Assembly: GCA_951406725.2 (NCBI GenBank)
Contig: OX597828.1
Span: forward strand, 35,154,001 to 35,218,000
Source of the DNA: Octopus vulgaris
Taxonomy: Eukaryota
Direction: 5' to 3'
DNA length: 64,000 nt
Shown: in pieces, positions 27,710-40,879 of the stretch
How the letters are laid out: each line of letters opens with the position of its first letter
How positions within the stretch are numbered: position 1 is the first letter of the stretch
Position numbers and translations under genes: made by a program
The notes under the pieces: generated by a model
Database searches by the model: none
What the model was told of the DNA's origin: nothing
Seen by the model: the letters and a program-made list of their open reading frames with translations, nothing else

Positions 27710-28025
27710 GTTGTTGTTGTTTGTTCGTTCTCGAGCCACGCCAGGCTCATAAACGGCCAGTTTCCCTGTTTCCTTGGCGTATAGATTCCCCACCTGGACG
27801 GGACGCCGGTCCGTCGCAGCTGAGCTGCAAGATGCAGGAGGAAAGAGTGAGAAAAAGTTGGGGTGAAAGAGTCAGCAGAAGTTCGCCATTACCTTCTGCC
27901 GGAACCGCGTAGAGCTTAGGTGTTTCGTTCATAAACACATACATCACCCGCTCCGAGATAGATTCGAACCCGTGATCCCTCGGCCGCGAGTCCGCTGCTC
28001 TAACCACTAGGCCACGTGCCTCCAC
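27710..28025 (-). mobile_element. tRNA-derived SINE (family C head with a different 3' module), intact with TSD
   Basis: 11-bp TSD GGAATACAGTT at 27699-27709 and 28026-28036. Head GGAGGCACGTGGCCTAGTGGTTAGAGCAGCGG...GGTTCGAATC. Ends in an (AAC)n tail. Confidence 0.9.
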
Positions 28026-28886
28026 GGAATACAGTTAGAAGCTCGATTTTCCGGAGCCTTCTGTTCCAAAGCCTTTCCCGATTACTGATTGTTCTGAACT
28101 AGAGGTGACTACCTCTAAATTAAACAAATATTAAATTTATCCAAATAATGATTTCAAATTTTGGCACAAGACCAGCAATATCGGGGGAGGGGGTAAATCA
28201 GTTAGATCGACTCCAGTATTTAACTGGTACTTCTTATTTTATCGACCCCGAAAGGATGAAAGGCAAAGTCGACCTCGGCAGGATTTGAACTCAGAAGATG
28301 AAGACGGACGAAATACCGCTAAACATCTTGCCCGGCGTGCTAACGATTCTGCCAGCTCGCCGCCTCAATAATAATAATAACAACAGCAACAACAACAACA
28401 ATATTAATAATAATTTTTTCTACTCTAGGTACAAGGCCCGAAATTTTGGGGGAGGTGGGGGGGCTAGTCAAATAGATCGACCCCATTACGCAACTAGTAA
28501 CTTAATTTATCGATACCGAAAGGATGAAAGGCAAAGTCGACTTCGGCGGAATTTGAACTCAGACCAGAGCGACGGGCGAAATACTGCTAAGCATTTCGTC
28601 CAGCGTCGATTCTGCCAGCTCATTGCCTTATGATATACAGGTATTTGTATTTACTAACGTACCTGTACATTATTAGTATGAATAATACAAGTTTATTAAT
28701 ATTGTACCGTGCAAGGTGCCAGTAAACTAGTCTGGTGACCATGGGAGTTTGTGGTTCCTGCTTGGAAATTAGTGTGGTTACAAGAAGTTCCGAACCATCA
28801 GGGTCCGGAAAATCAGTGTTGTAATTGTATCAATGATCAGAGAGCCGTTCAGTCGGGATTATCTTGGACTAGACAACAACATTATA

Positions 28887-29420
28887 TTGGATTATCCGGA
28901 AAGTTCGTGCCGATTTATTGTAGCTTACCTTCCGATTTATTTGACTACATCTCCATTTAGAGCACAGTTTAAGCTATCTTTTCGTGGAAGAAGGTTTATC
29001 TTCCTATAACCTGTGTTAATTCTGTAACTCTTTAAAATGGAAGGTAAGACAGTTCATTTTCGATACTTGATGCTTTGGGAACCAGACAAAAATTGCTGCA
29101 GCTCGGCTGGGATGTGTTACCCCACCGTCCATATTCACCAGATATTGCTCCTTCGGATTTCCACTTATTCAGGTCTCTCCAGTATAGTCTTAATGGTAAA
29201 AATTTTAATTCCTTGGATGACGTAAAAAGATACCTTGATGAATTCTTTGCCATGAAACCACCTCAATTCTGGGAGGAGGGTATTTTCAAGTTAAAGGAAA
29301 GATGGAGATGCATTGTGCAACAAAATGGTTCATATTTGGTTGATTAAAAATGTAATGGCAAGTATTTATTGACCTTTCTCTTTCTTTTAAAAATCGGCAC
29401 GAACTTTCCGGACAACCGAA
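28887..29420 (+). mobile_element. Internally deleted mariner (534 bp) with TIRs and TA TSD
   Basis: TIRs TTGGATTATCCGGAAAGTTCGTGCCGATTT and (rc) TTCGGTTGTCCGGAAAGTTCGTGCCGATTT, with TA on both sides. The N-terminus MEGKTVHFRYLMLWE is fused out of frame to TRQKLLQLGWDVLPHRPYSPDIAPSDFHLFRSLQ...NGSYLVD*. Confidence 0.95.
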
Positions 29421-29974
29421 TAGAACCTTTTCGTAGTGAATCACTCGCTTAAATGTGGTGGCCAAATTTCCTCCAAATTATACGCTACACTAGGGGTTTC
29501 CAACTTGGGGTCCGCTGCTCTCTGGATGTTTAGAAAGCTATTGCTGAAGGAAGTCGGTGTTAGTGATCTGAGTTCGAAAGTTGTTGGGTGAGCAGGGCTT
29601 TCAAAAGTTTGAGCTATGTGCGAATGATCATTTAAATAAAGGGTGGGCTCTTGGTAAGGAAAATATTGGAGATCGCTGCCCGACAGTTTTAAAAATTGTG
29701 ACGAATAACTTCCTAGATAGTTGCGTAGATGGTGAGGAACGAAGGGTTGGTCTGGTACGGGGGAAGCTTTTGTGGTGCTGTCCCCTTTAGGTCTGCTGTA
29801 CAAGCCTGTATAAGGGTGGGGGTGGAGCTGCAGACGCAAGGGCTATCTCCAGCGGCACGTGCTCTAGCTTCTCAACTGATCCGAGGCACAGTCTATCTGA
29901 AAAGAAAGACTGCACCAATGTGCTCCAAAAGCAATGATGCTGTTGCTGCAGAAGCAACAATAGTAGTATAGATA

Positions 29975-30402
29975 GTGGTGGTGGTGGTGGTGGTGGTGGT
30001 GGTGGTGGTGGTGGTGGTTGTGGTGGTGGTGGTGGTGGTGGTGGTGGTGGTGGTGGTGGTGGTGGTGGTGGTGGTGGTGGTGGTGGTGGTGGTGGTGGTG
30101 GTGGTGGTGGTGGTGGTGGTGGTGGTGGTGGTGGTGGTTTTGGTGGTTGTGGTGGTGGTGGTGGTGGTGGTGGTGGTGGTGGTGGTGGTGGTGGTGGTGG
30201 TGGTGGTGGTGGTGGTGGTGGTTTTGGTGGTGGTGGTGGTGGTGGTGGTGGTGGTGGTGGTTGTGGTGGTGGTTGTGGTGGTAGTAGTGGTGGTGGTGGT
30301 GGTGGTGGTGGTGGTGGTGGTGGTGGTGGTGGTGGTGGTGGTGGTGGTGGTGGTGGTGGTGGTTTTGGTGGTTGTGGTGGTGGTGGTGGTGGTGGTGGTG
30401 GT
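29975..30402. repeat. (GGT)n microsatellite, about 430 bp
   Basis: Direct observation. Confidence 0.97.
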
Positions 30403-30583
30403 AGGATTTATAAACGTAAGGAATTTGAAATTAGGCTTGTCTCAAATGAATCATATTTATAAAAGTTTTCTTCGGGATTTTTATCTAATTATCAAGGCAT
30501 TCCATAATTAGGAAGTCCGTCTGTGTTTCCCTCCTTTATTTGCTTGGAAAATAATCATACATATATTACACACACGTGGATGC

Positions 30584-30631
<48 letters not shown>

Positions 30632-31205
30632 GCAACGTAAAATATGTTTGTGTGAAAGTATTTTATGCAAACATGCCCACTCCTAATGTTATGCAGCAAT
30701 TTTTTCTTTTATTTGCTGTTTGAAACATATATATATATATATATATATATCGAAGACGAGAAAACACAAATGTGAGAGAGGTGGTGGTATGTTAGAGAGA
30801 GAGAGATGTTCAAAGAGCGAGCTATTAGCTTCTAAAATATTCTTAGTTATAACGTAGCATCATAAAAGAAGGATTGCTTTCGACAGAGCTATTTTTAGGC
30901 TTATTGACAGAAAATAGTTAATAGATTCAAAGAAATATTCTGATTCTTTTTTCTGTCTGTTTTTTTTTTTTTGTCTTTTGTATTTTTTAAAATAGAATCA
31001 AAGAAAAGATATAACAAACATAGTTTTAATTTTACAAAAAAAAAACAACAACAAAAGAATATTTAAATGAGTGAATACACCTCAATTAAAACCGAATTCA
31101 ATGAATCTTTAATACAATTTCAGGCATTTATGTGTCGTTTATTTCTTCTTCTCCAAGTATTTTGCATTATTGGAAGGGACACCCGTTTGCATAAACTGGT
31201 TGGGC

Positions 31206-31620
31206 TCTTTTACTCTTTTACTCTTTTACTTGTTTCAGTCATTTGACTGCGGCCATGCTGGAGCACCGCCTTTAGTCGAGCAACTCGACCCCGGGACTTA
31301 TTCTTTTGTAAGCCCAGTACTTATTCTATCGGTGTCTTTTTGCCGAACCACTAAGTGACAGGGACGTAAACACACCAGCATCGGTTGTCAAGCAATGCTA
31401 GGGGGACAAACACACACACACACACATACACATATATACATATATATACATATATACGACAGGCTTCTTTCAGTTTCCGTCTACCAAATCCACTCACAAG
31501 GCATTGGTCGACCCGGGGCTAGAGCAGTAGACACTTGCCCAAGGTGCCACGCAGTGGGACTGAACCCGGAACCATGTGGTTGGTTAGCAAGCTACTTACC
31601 ACACAACCACTCCTGCGCCT
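31206..31620 (-). mobile_element. SINE family A, full length
   Basis: Homology to the family. Confidence 0.9.
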
Positions 31621-31929
31621 TTATTTTTCTGGGCTCTTTATTTTTCTTCGGTTCTGGGGCTTACAAATCTGGTTACTTGGTTTTCATGGCGTACAAATGG
31701 CCAAAATCACTATGATCCCCTCGATCGGGCCGCCGGTCTGTTGCAGGTTTCATTTCCGGCAATTTTTTTCGTGGTGTGAGAGTACGTCGATTACATCGAC
31801 CCCACTACTTGTCTAGCACTTGTCAACTCCGAAAGGATGACAAGCGTAGTAGACTTCGGTGGGATTCGAACTCAGAATGTAAAGTGCTGGACGAAATGCT
31901 ACTAAGCCTTATGTCCGACATACTAACAA

Positions 31930-32375
31930 TGTCTCTCTCTCTCTCTTTCTTTCTCTTTCCCTTTCTCTCTCTCTCTTTCTCTTTCTTCCTCTCTCTCTTT
32001 ATCTTTCTTGCACTCTCTCTTTCTCTCTCTTTCACTTTTCTCTTTCTTCCTCTCTCTTTCCTCTCTCTCTCTCTTTCCTCTCTCTCTCTCTTTCTTTCTC
32101 TTTCTCTCTTCCTCTTTTTTCCTCTCTCTTTCTCTCTCTTCCTCTCTCTCTTTTCTCTCTCTCTTTCTTTCTCTTCCTCTCTTCCTCTCTCCTTTTTTCC
32201 TCTCTCTCTTTCTCTCTCTCTCTTTCTCTTTCTTCTTCTCTCTCTTTCTCTCTCTCTCTCGTTCCCTCTTTCTCTCTCTCTTTCTCTTTCTTCCTCTCTC
32301 TCTTTCTTTTTATTCCTCTCTCTCTTTCTTTTTATTCCTCTCTCTCTTTCTCTCTCTCTCCCCCCTCTCTCTCTA
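31930..32375. repeat. Polypyrimidine (CT-rich) tract
   Basis: Almost exclusively C and T for about 440 bp. Confidence 0.93.
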
Positions 32376-32714
32376 TGTTTATGTGTGTGAGCATTTTTTC
32401 TCTTTATGTGTTCGAGGAGAGTAGAAAATGTTTATATCAATCGTGTTGAATTAATAAGTCGTTATGTCTCTTCCTCACACTCTCTCTATTTACATATTTA
32501 TATTTCTGCGCGTGCGCGTGAGCTTCTGTGCGTGTGAGATTGAATGTGTGTTTGCCTCCAGTGCCAAAAAGCACTGTCACCTAAACAGGTTCAAAACCCA
32601 GTCAGCCGTGCCAAATCAACAGCGTCCAAACAGCTCCCCCACCCCACCCCAGTCACCCCAACCCTCTCATTTTGCCATCTCCACAGCAGAGGAATCGTTC
32701 AAGTACTTTCTACA

Positions 32715-32869
32715 CGAGTAGCTGTATGGTAAGAAGCTTACTTCCTAACCACATGGTTCCGGATTCAGTCCCATTGCGTGACACCTAAGGCAAGCGTCTT
32801 GTACTATAGCCTCGGGCCGACCAAAGCTTTCTAAGTGGATTTGGTAGACGGAAACTGAAAGACGCCGGT

Positions 32870-32946
<77 letters not shown>

Positions 32947-33097
32947 TTTGCATGTTTGTGTCCCCCTACCGTCGTTTTACAACCGATGTTGTGTTTACAT
33001 CCCCGTAACTTAGCACTTCGGCAAAAGGGACCGATAGAATAAGTACCAGGCTAACAAAGAATGGCTGCAGTCAAATGACTGAAACAAGTAAAAGAAA
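32715..33097 (+). mobile_element. SINE family A
   Basis: Homology to the family. Confidence 0.88.
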
Positions 33098-34574
33098 TAT
33101 CGACACAAGGCTTGAAATCTCGTGGAGAGGAACTAGTTGATGGCATCGACCCCAGTATTCAACTGGTACCTATTTTATCAACCCCGAAAGGATGAAAGGC
33201 AATGTCGTCCTCGGCTGCACTTGAACTCAGAACGTAAACTAGATACAATGCCACCCAAGCATTTTGTCCGGCGCCATAACGACTCTTCGAACTCACCACC
33301 TTTTGGGATCGATAAAATATACACCAGTATTCTCTACTGGTGTCAGAAGTTTGAAATAATAGTTGAATCATCAGCGAAGTTCGTGAAATGGTGATCTTCA
33401 ATTTAACTGCCCCCTCGCCACCATTTTAAGACACCGATCTGATATGAATTACATGAGTTTGTTTAATTTGTTGTTACCTTGCTTGTTTTATTAAACGTGT
33501 CTTCTCCTTCGAGATTCAATGTCACACCAGATTCAACCAGCTATAGAATTAGTTCCGTTTGAAGAATTTTCCTGACCTTTTTTTTTTTTTTTTGTATTTT
33601 AGTTTTTTTTTTTTCTTTCGTCTGAATGGCAAAGAAAACTCCGTCATAAAAGTTGAGCTTCTGTTTATTGTATTGTTGTAAACACTTATCTCGTCTAAAT
33701 AATTCTAAATGACATGTTTGGTTTTAAAAATTTACACTTTCCTATCAACTTGTCTTCTCCAATATCCATCAATTAATCTCAAAGACAAACGGTAAACAGG
33801 CAAAGGTTTCGCAATAGTTGTTGTTGAGATTTTTTTTCTTCTTCTTCTTTCTTTTTACGATACACGTGTGGTCGTGGTGGTGGGGGGTGCAGAATTATGA
33901 AAACTGTTTGCTTTTGAAAGCAGAAAAGGGGGTGGAAAAAAGAAAACAAACGTTGTGTATATTGAATCTGTTGAAAATCTGATACGTTTAATGGAATTTT
34001 AGAAAAAGAATCATCGTATATTTCCCAAAATAAATATACGTTTCAGTTACGTTTTCTTACAAAGCTTTTGTAAGAGTGTATGCATATGTTTACTGTAGCA
34101 CCGCTATCACTAGAAAGTTGAAGGTTTCTTTTTTGTGTGTGTGTGTGTGTATGTGGTTTTTTTGTCGTAATTTTATTTTGCAATTTTATATTTAATGATA
34201 AAAGATTGAATGGCTATGTGGCTCATGGAATAAGCGATAATTTTTTCCAACAAAAGCAACCTTTCGTTTGCAAATATTTGCTTTTCAGTTGCATACAAAA
34301 TATTTGTACTTTAGGAAATAGAGAAATTGGACCCTGTGATGTAACCCACTATTTGCGACTTCAGGAATTCTTGCGAGCCTTTCGTGGTTTATTTCACTTC
34401 TGCCACACACTTCTTGGAGTATCAAATATTACGTGGTTAAATAGTTCGATTTTAATGCGGCTACTTCTGAGATCGATCCCATCGCTCGGCGTCTTTAGCA
34501 AGTGAAAACGACCTTAGCCTTGCGAACTGAATACAGAATTTGATAGATGGAGACCATGCAGAGGTCCGATGTGG

Positions 34575-34657
<83 letters not shown>

Positions 34658-34682
34658 GTATATATATATGTATATATATATG

Positions 34683-34746
<64 letters not shown>

Positions 34747-34924
34747 CATGTTGCCTAATTATTCAAAAAGAGAAAGAGTAACACGATTAGATAGAGCGAA
34801 AATGGACTTTAAAATGATATATAAAGTCAAAGTAATTTAACGAAATATTTGAAAATACATCATTTAAAACCAAAATTCTAAATTCCGCAAGAACTTTCTT
34901 CACACCCTATTATTTTATTGACTC

Positions 34925-35708
34925 TAGAAGAGTGAGAAGCAAAGCTGAACTCGGTGCAACGATTTGAACTCAGAATGTAAAAAGCCGGAAAAACTAAAAT
35001 GGGTCATTTTTTCCGACACTCTAACAATTCTGCCAGCTCGCCCCGTCCTGGAAATAATAATTCTTTCTGCTATAGGCACAATGCCTAAAATTTTGCGGGA
35101 AGAGGCAAGTCGTTTAGACCCCAGTACTTGACTGGTATTGTATTTCATTGACCCTGAATGAATGAAAGATATAATCGACTGCGGTGGTATCTGAACTCTC
35201 AACGTAAAGCCAGAAGACATTTCGCAAGGTGTGCTCACGATTTTGCCAGCTCGGTGCCTTTACACACGAAAAAAAATAACAAAAGATTTCAAATTTTGGC
35301 AGAAGGACAACAATTTTGGGGAAGGGGTAAGTCGATGTAATCGAATTCCCCTTTAACTTGTACTTCAGCTGGTACTTATTTTATTGACCCCGAAAGGATA
35401 AAAAGCGAAGTCGACGTCGGCGCAATTTGAACTCAGAACGTAAAGGCAGACGAAATGCGACGAAGCATTTCGCCCAATGATAACCTTTTTCTACGATAGG
35501 CACAAGACCAGCAGTTTGCCGGTAGGGGTGTTAGTCAATTACATCGACCCCAGTCCCCAGTTTATTTTCTTGAGTCCGACAGGATGTAAGGCAGATCTGA
35601 CCCCGGCAGCATTTGAACCTAGAAAATATAAGAGCCGAGGACGGGTCGAAGGGAAACTACTGCCACACACTTTCCCCCGACAGTCTAGCAATTCTGCTAG
35701 TTCACCAT
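34925..35708 (-). mobile_element. Cluster of four head-to-tail diverged family B SINEs
   Basis: Repeated TGAAC(T/C)..AGAA-type B-box and TGCCAGCTC-type head motifs at about 34970, 35190, 35430 and 35615. Confidence 0.75.
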
Positions 35709-36169
35709 TAACAATAAAAAGTACGAAAAAATTTAAAGAAACAAGAAAGAAAATATTTTTTTTTAAAAGACAAAATTATATTATTTTCCCTCACCATCCG
35801 TGGAAAAAAAAATTGAGTCATTACCGCTGTAAATGCTGTGTTGTGCATATATGCAAATGCCTGGGATAATACATACGGGGGGGGGGGTGAGTCATTATCT
35901 ATCGGTAATGCACTAATAATGTTTCTTTTCCCCCTTTTTGGTGGGAAAAATTACTTGCACGTGCACCGACGAACGCGGGTCTCCTTCCAGTCACCATGAT
36001 GCGGGGCTTGATCTTAAAACGTCAATGAAATAATCGTTATAATTATGTTAATCATTGCCGCTCTACTTTTTTGGCTTCTAAAAACAAAGAAAAAAATTGA
36101 AAATAAAAAAAAAAGTTTAAAAAGCAGTCGGTGATCTTTTTGTCTCTCCCGTTATTGTTTTTATTATAG

Positions 36170-36362
36170 ACGCATGCGTAGCTGCGCGGTAAGAAGTTTG
36201 TTTTTCCCAGCCACATGGTTATGGGTTCAGTCCCACCGCGCGGCACCTTGTCTTCAACTATAGTCCTGGGTTGACCAAAGCCTTGTGAGTTGAATTTAGT
36301 AAACGGAAGCTGAAAGAAAGTCCATTGTAAATGCATGTGCGCGCGTGTGTGTATGTGTGTGT

Positions 36363-36455
<93 letters not shown>

Positions 36456-36934
36456 TCCACCACCGTTTGGCGACCAGTGTTGGTTTGTTTACGCCTCCAT
36501 GATATAGCGGTCCGGCAAAAAGTAAACCTGAATTGAAAATAAAAACTGGGTTGGATTTGCTTGAATGAATCCTTCAAAGCAATGCTCCAGCATGACCGCA
36601 GTTCCCTAACTAAAACATGTAAAAGCCAAAAGGCTTCTGTGACTGTGGCCATGCTGGAGCACCGCCTTTAGTCGAGCAAATCGACCCCAGGACTTATTCT
36701 TTGTAAGCCTAGTACTTATTCTATCAGTCTCTTTTGCCGAACCGCTAAGTTACGGTGACGTAAACAAACCCGCATCGGTTGTCAAGCGATGTTGTGGGGA
36801 CAAACATAGACTCACAAACATATACACACACATACATACATATACATATATATGGGCAAGTGTCTTCTATTATAGCCTCGAGCCGACCAAAGCCTTGTGA
36901 GTGGATTTGGTAGACGGAAACTGAAAGAAGCCCG

Positions 36935-36991
<57 letters not shown>

Positions 36992-37003
36992 TTCTTTCAG
37001 TTA

Positions 37004-37064
<61 letters not shown>

Positions 37065-37274
37065 TACAACGGGCTTCTTTCAGTTTCCGTCTACCATATA
37101 TATATATACATATATACGACGGGCTTCTTTCAGTTTCCGTCTACCAAATCCACTCACAAGGCTTTGGTCGGCCCGAGTCTATAATAGAAGACACTTGCCC
37201 AAGGTGCCACGCAGTGGGATTGAACCCGGAACCATGTGGTTCGTAAGCAAGCTACTTACCACACAGCCACTCCT
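36170..37274. mobile_element. Tail-to-tail pair of family A SINEs (36170-36625 +, 36635-37274 -), the second with an internal inverted duplication
   Basis: Homology to the family. 36854-36935 is the reverse complement of 37119-37200. Confidence 0.88.
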
Positions 37275-37290
37275 ATATATAAACATACAT

Positions 37291-37325
<35 letters not shown>

Positions 37326-38267
37326 GATTGAACGGTGGTGACACAAAGGTCCGTGATTAAAGAAATGCTCAATCAGTGTCTATGTAACACTAAACAACGA
37401 CAACAATCAAATCAGATGAACAAAGATGGCGAATTCAAAACAGTTTAGAATATTAACAGTAAAACTCCGTTATCTCAAGGAAAACAGCGGCTGTTTGCAG
37501 TCGTGAAGAACTAATCAATGGGAAAGGTTCGAAGAGAAATGTTTCTCTAAGCGTAATTACTGCGAGAGAGGTGAAGAATTTAGGTATTATGATTCGTCGA
37601 ATCGAATGTCTGTGTCATTCGGCCATCCTAGGTTACGTTGTTATTTAAATATGCCGATAGCTTCAAGACAAAACGATGGAATGGTAAATGACTATTGATG
37701 TGCTTTTTATCTACTTTTTGATGACGGTTGTGTTGCTTTAAGAACTTACTTTAAACTTTGCATTTTCTGCAGAGATCGATGACATCATTGCAAATGCATC
37801 TGGAACCGGATATGCAACGCGAAGACGCTGATCAGCCAATCAGCGTCTGACATGTGTGTACGTTCGTGTGTTTGTTCGCTCTATGTGCATGTCTGGGTGT
37901 GTGCAAGCGCGCTCCTGTTTGTACGTGCATGTGTGTGTGTGTATATACGTACTTGTCGATCGTGAATTTGACGATTTTGAATATATCTGTGTGTGTGTGT
38001 GCGTGCGTGCATGAGTATAAGAACATAATCGATTGCCTTGTAGTTTACTATTTTAGATGTGTGTGTGTGTGTGTGTGTATGTGTGTGGTAATTGAAGCGT
38101 CTAGCTTAAGAACATAAAGTCGTGATTTCGATACCAGGAGAGGACAGCGCGATTTGTTCTTGGGCAAGGCTTTTAATCACTTAATTCTCCAGTGTCCTCA
38201 ATTGCAGTGTGTACCAGCCAGGTACTAGAGCAACTCTCTCTCTCCTTCTCTCTCTCCCTCTCCCCTC

Positions 38268-38298
<31 letters not shown>

Positions 38299-38855
38299 CA
38301 GCAACCACATCCTTGATGTTCCGTTGAGTCGAAGGTCTGAAGCTAAGAGAGTGTCTGTGACTTCTTGTGGCTACCCAATCGCTTAAACCAATCAACGAAT
38401 GCAGGGTACACGCTACCGTATATTTATTCGCTTGCAAGTGACGGCTGTGGTTGGTTTGGTTGAGCTGCAGTAACAGCAGCAACAGCATCAGCAGCAACAG
38501 CAGCCATTGTCGTTATCACCATCACAACCGCTACGCTGATGAATGTAGTCCTTAATGTACAAAACCAAAGATGGTCAGGAAAGGAACTAACTGGATCGTA
38601 AACAACAACACAGGACAGAGAGAATTGTGTTGTTTTTATTTCTTTTAATTTTTACTTCTTTCAGACACTGGACTGCGGCCATACTGGGTCATCGCCTTGA
38701 AGGGCTTTAGGCGAATAAATCGACCTCAGGACTTAATTTTATTTTTGTTAAAGCCTGGTACTTATTCTCTGTGTATTTTTTGCCAAACAGATACATGTAT
38801 AGAATGGACTCCGACCCACCAATTTGCTCATAAGGCATTAGTCGACTTGGGGTTA

Positions 38856-38998
38856 TGTAAGGTTGTCCCAAAAGTTCGTAGAAAGTCTTGGAAAATAATG
38901 GTCTTTATTTTGAGGAATAATTTTTGTTGTTTTTGTTAGTACTTGGCGAGTAAACATTCAATTTTCGCAAATGTTTACGAACTTTTGGGACAACCTAA
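38856..38998. mobile_element. Mariner-type MITE (about 143 bp) inserted at a TA inside a family A SINE (38640-39097, minus)
   Basis: Perfect 21-bp inverted repeat AGGTTGTCCCAAAAGTTCGTA at 38860-38880 and 38976-38996. TA on both sides. The SINE sequence resumes on either side. Confidence 0.88.
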
Positions 38999-39819
38999 TA
39001 GTATAAGACACTGGTCCAAGGTGCCGCACTGTGGGATTGAACCCGGAACAATGTGGTTGCAATGAAAGCTTCTTAACCACACAGCTATGTCTGCATCTAT
39101 ATTTTCTTTATATTTTAACACCTTGCGTAATATTGATCAAATGGCACGAACACAACCGCAGTTACCACTTCTAAAACTACCGCAACTACAACTTTGCTAC
39201 TACTTCTACGACTATCGCTACAACCAACAGCCGTATCACCATTAATACCACAATTATTAGCACCACCATCACCATTACCTCAACGACCAATACCACTGCT
39301 ATTACAAACGGTACGACTTACACTACGGCCGTTACAACCATCCCCAAGTCTACACTAAATACCACCACTACTACAACCAACACTACTGAAACTACAATCA
39401 TTTCTATTACCATTACTACGTCAAATACCCTGACTACCATAGCCAATACTACTACTACCACCACCACCAGTATAACCTCCGCTGCCACTATACTCATTGT
39501 TACTACCAACACTACAACCGGGTCTGCTATGATAATTACCACCACCAGAATTGTTGGCACAACGTCGTTTGAGAGAATGAAGGGGTGCATGATGGCGATG
39601 TTACTTGTAGTATGGTAGCGGTGGTTGTAGTGCTTTGGAAAGAGTGCTTACACTTGTTGCAGATCAACTTACGTTCTCCTTTCTCTATTCTCCCGCACTG
39701 TCTTTTCCTCTAATACACACCTAGAAACACAAAGACAAGCACATACCAACAAACGAACATATATATATATGTATCGTTTTTGTATTATATATATATGTTT
39801 CTCTCTCTGCCTCTCATGC

Positions 39820-39957
<138 letters not shown>

Positions 39958-40085
39958 TACATAAAGTTACATCTCCCACTCTTTCTTATCTTTCTTTTCA
40001 ACATGTCTATCTGTGCAATGATAAGTACTGGCAGAGAGGAAGATATATGAATACATATATATACACTCATGCATATATACCCCCC

Positions 40086-40119
<34 letters not shown>

Positions 40120-40813
40120 CCTACATACACACATATACACACACTCATTGTGTGTATGTGTATATTTACACACACACACATACAGGTAGAGAAAGAGAGA
40201 AGAGAGAGAGGACAAAAAACAACACCAGAGAGTTGATATACACTTATATCTCCATTTCTATTCCCAGAATCACTTATACACGTTTTATGTAATACTCCCG
40301 TTTATTTTTATCAGATTTTTACTAAACCTAAATACTTTGGTGCGTATTATTTCAATTTTTTGTTCCTCATTCAATAATTATGTAAATTGCCCCCAAATTA
40401 CTATGGTTGCAAAATAGGGAAGACAGTAATAGAAGGATAAAAAACCCAATAATAATGATAAAAATAATAATAATAATAATAATAGCGTATATAATAATAA
40501 CAATAATGTAATATGCATGTAAATATATAGTGGTATTAAGGCTATATATTTCGCTGTATGTGTCTGTTCTATTTTTTTTCTGGCTTTTAAATCTAACGTA
40601 ATATGCAAGCAAGCATGTCACATAGAAATTGCTCCGAGCGAAAAGGGTTAACCACAATCATCTACAACCACTCGCAAACCAGCCTCTCTTACCCCACCTC
40701 TTTAAGAATTCTCTTGATATATCATTGGTTCTCTTACTCTGTCTACCTCTACCTCTCTCAGTCTATCTACATGGATACATAGATAGATACGGAGATAGAC
40801 AGGTAGAGAGACC

Positions 40814-40879
<66 letters not shown>

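Noticed and set aside
29075-29347. 90-aa mariner transposase ORF as a functional CDS
   Set aside because: It covers only the C-terminus of a deletion derivative, lacking the DNA-binding domain and the first two catalytic aspartates.
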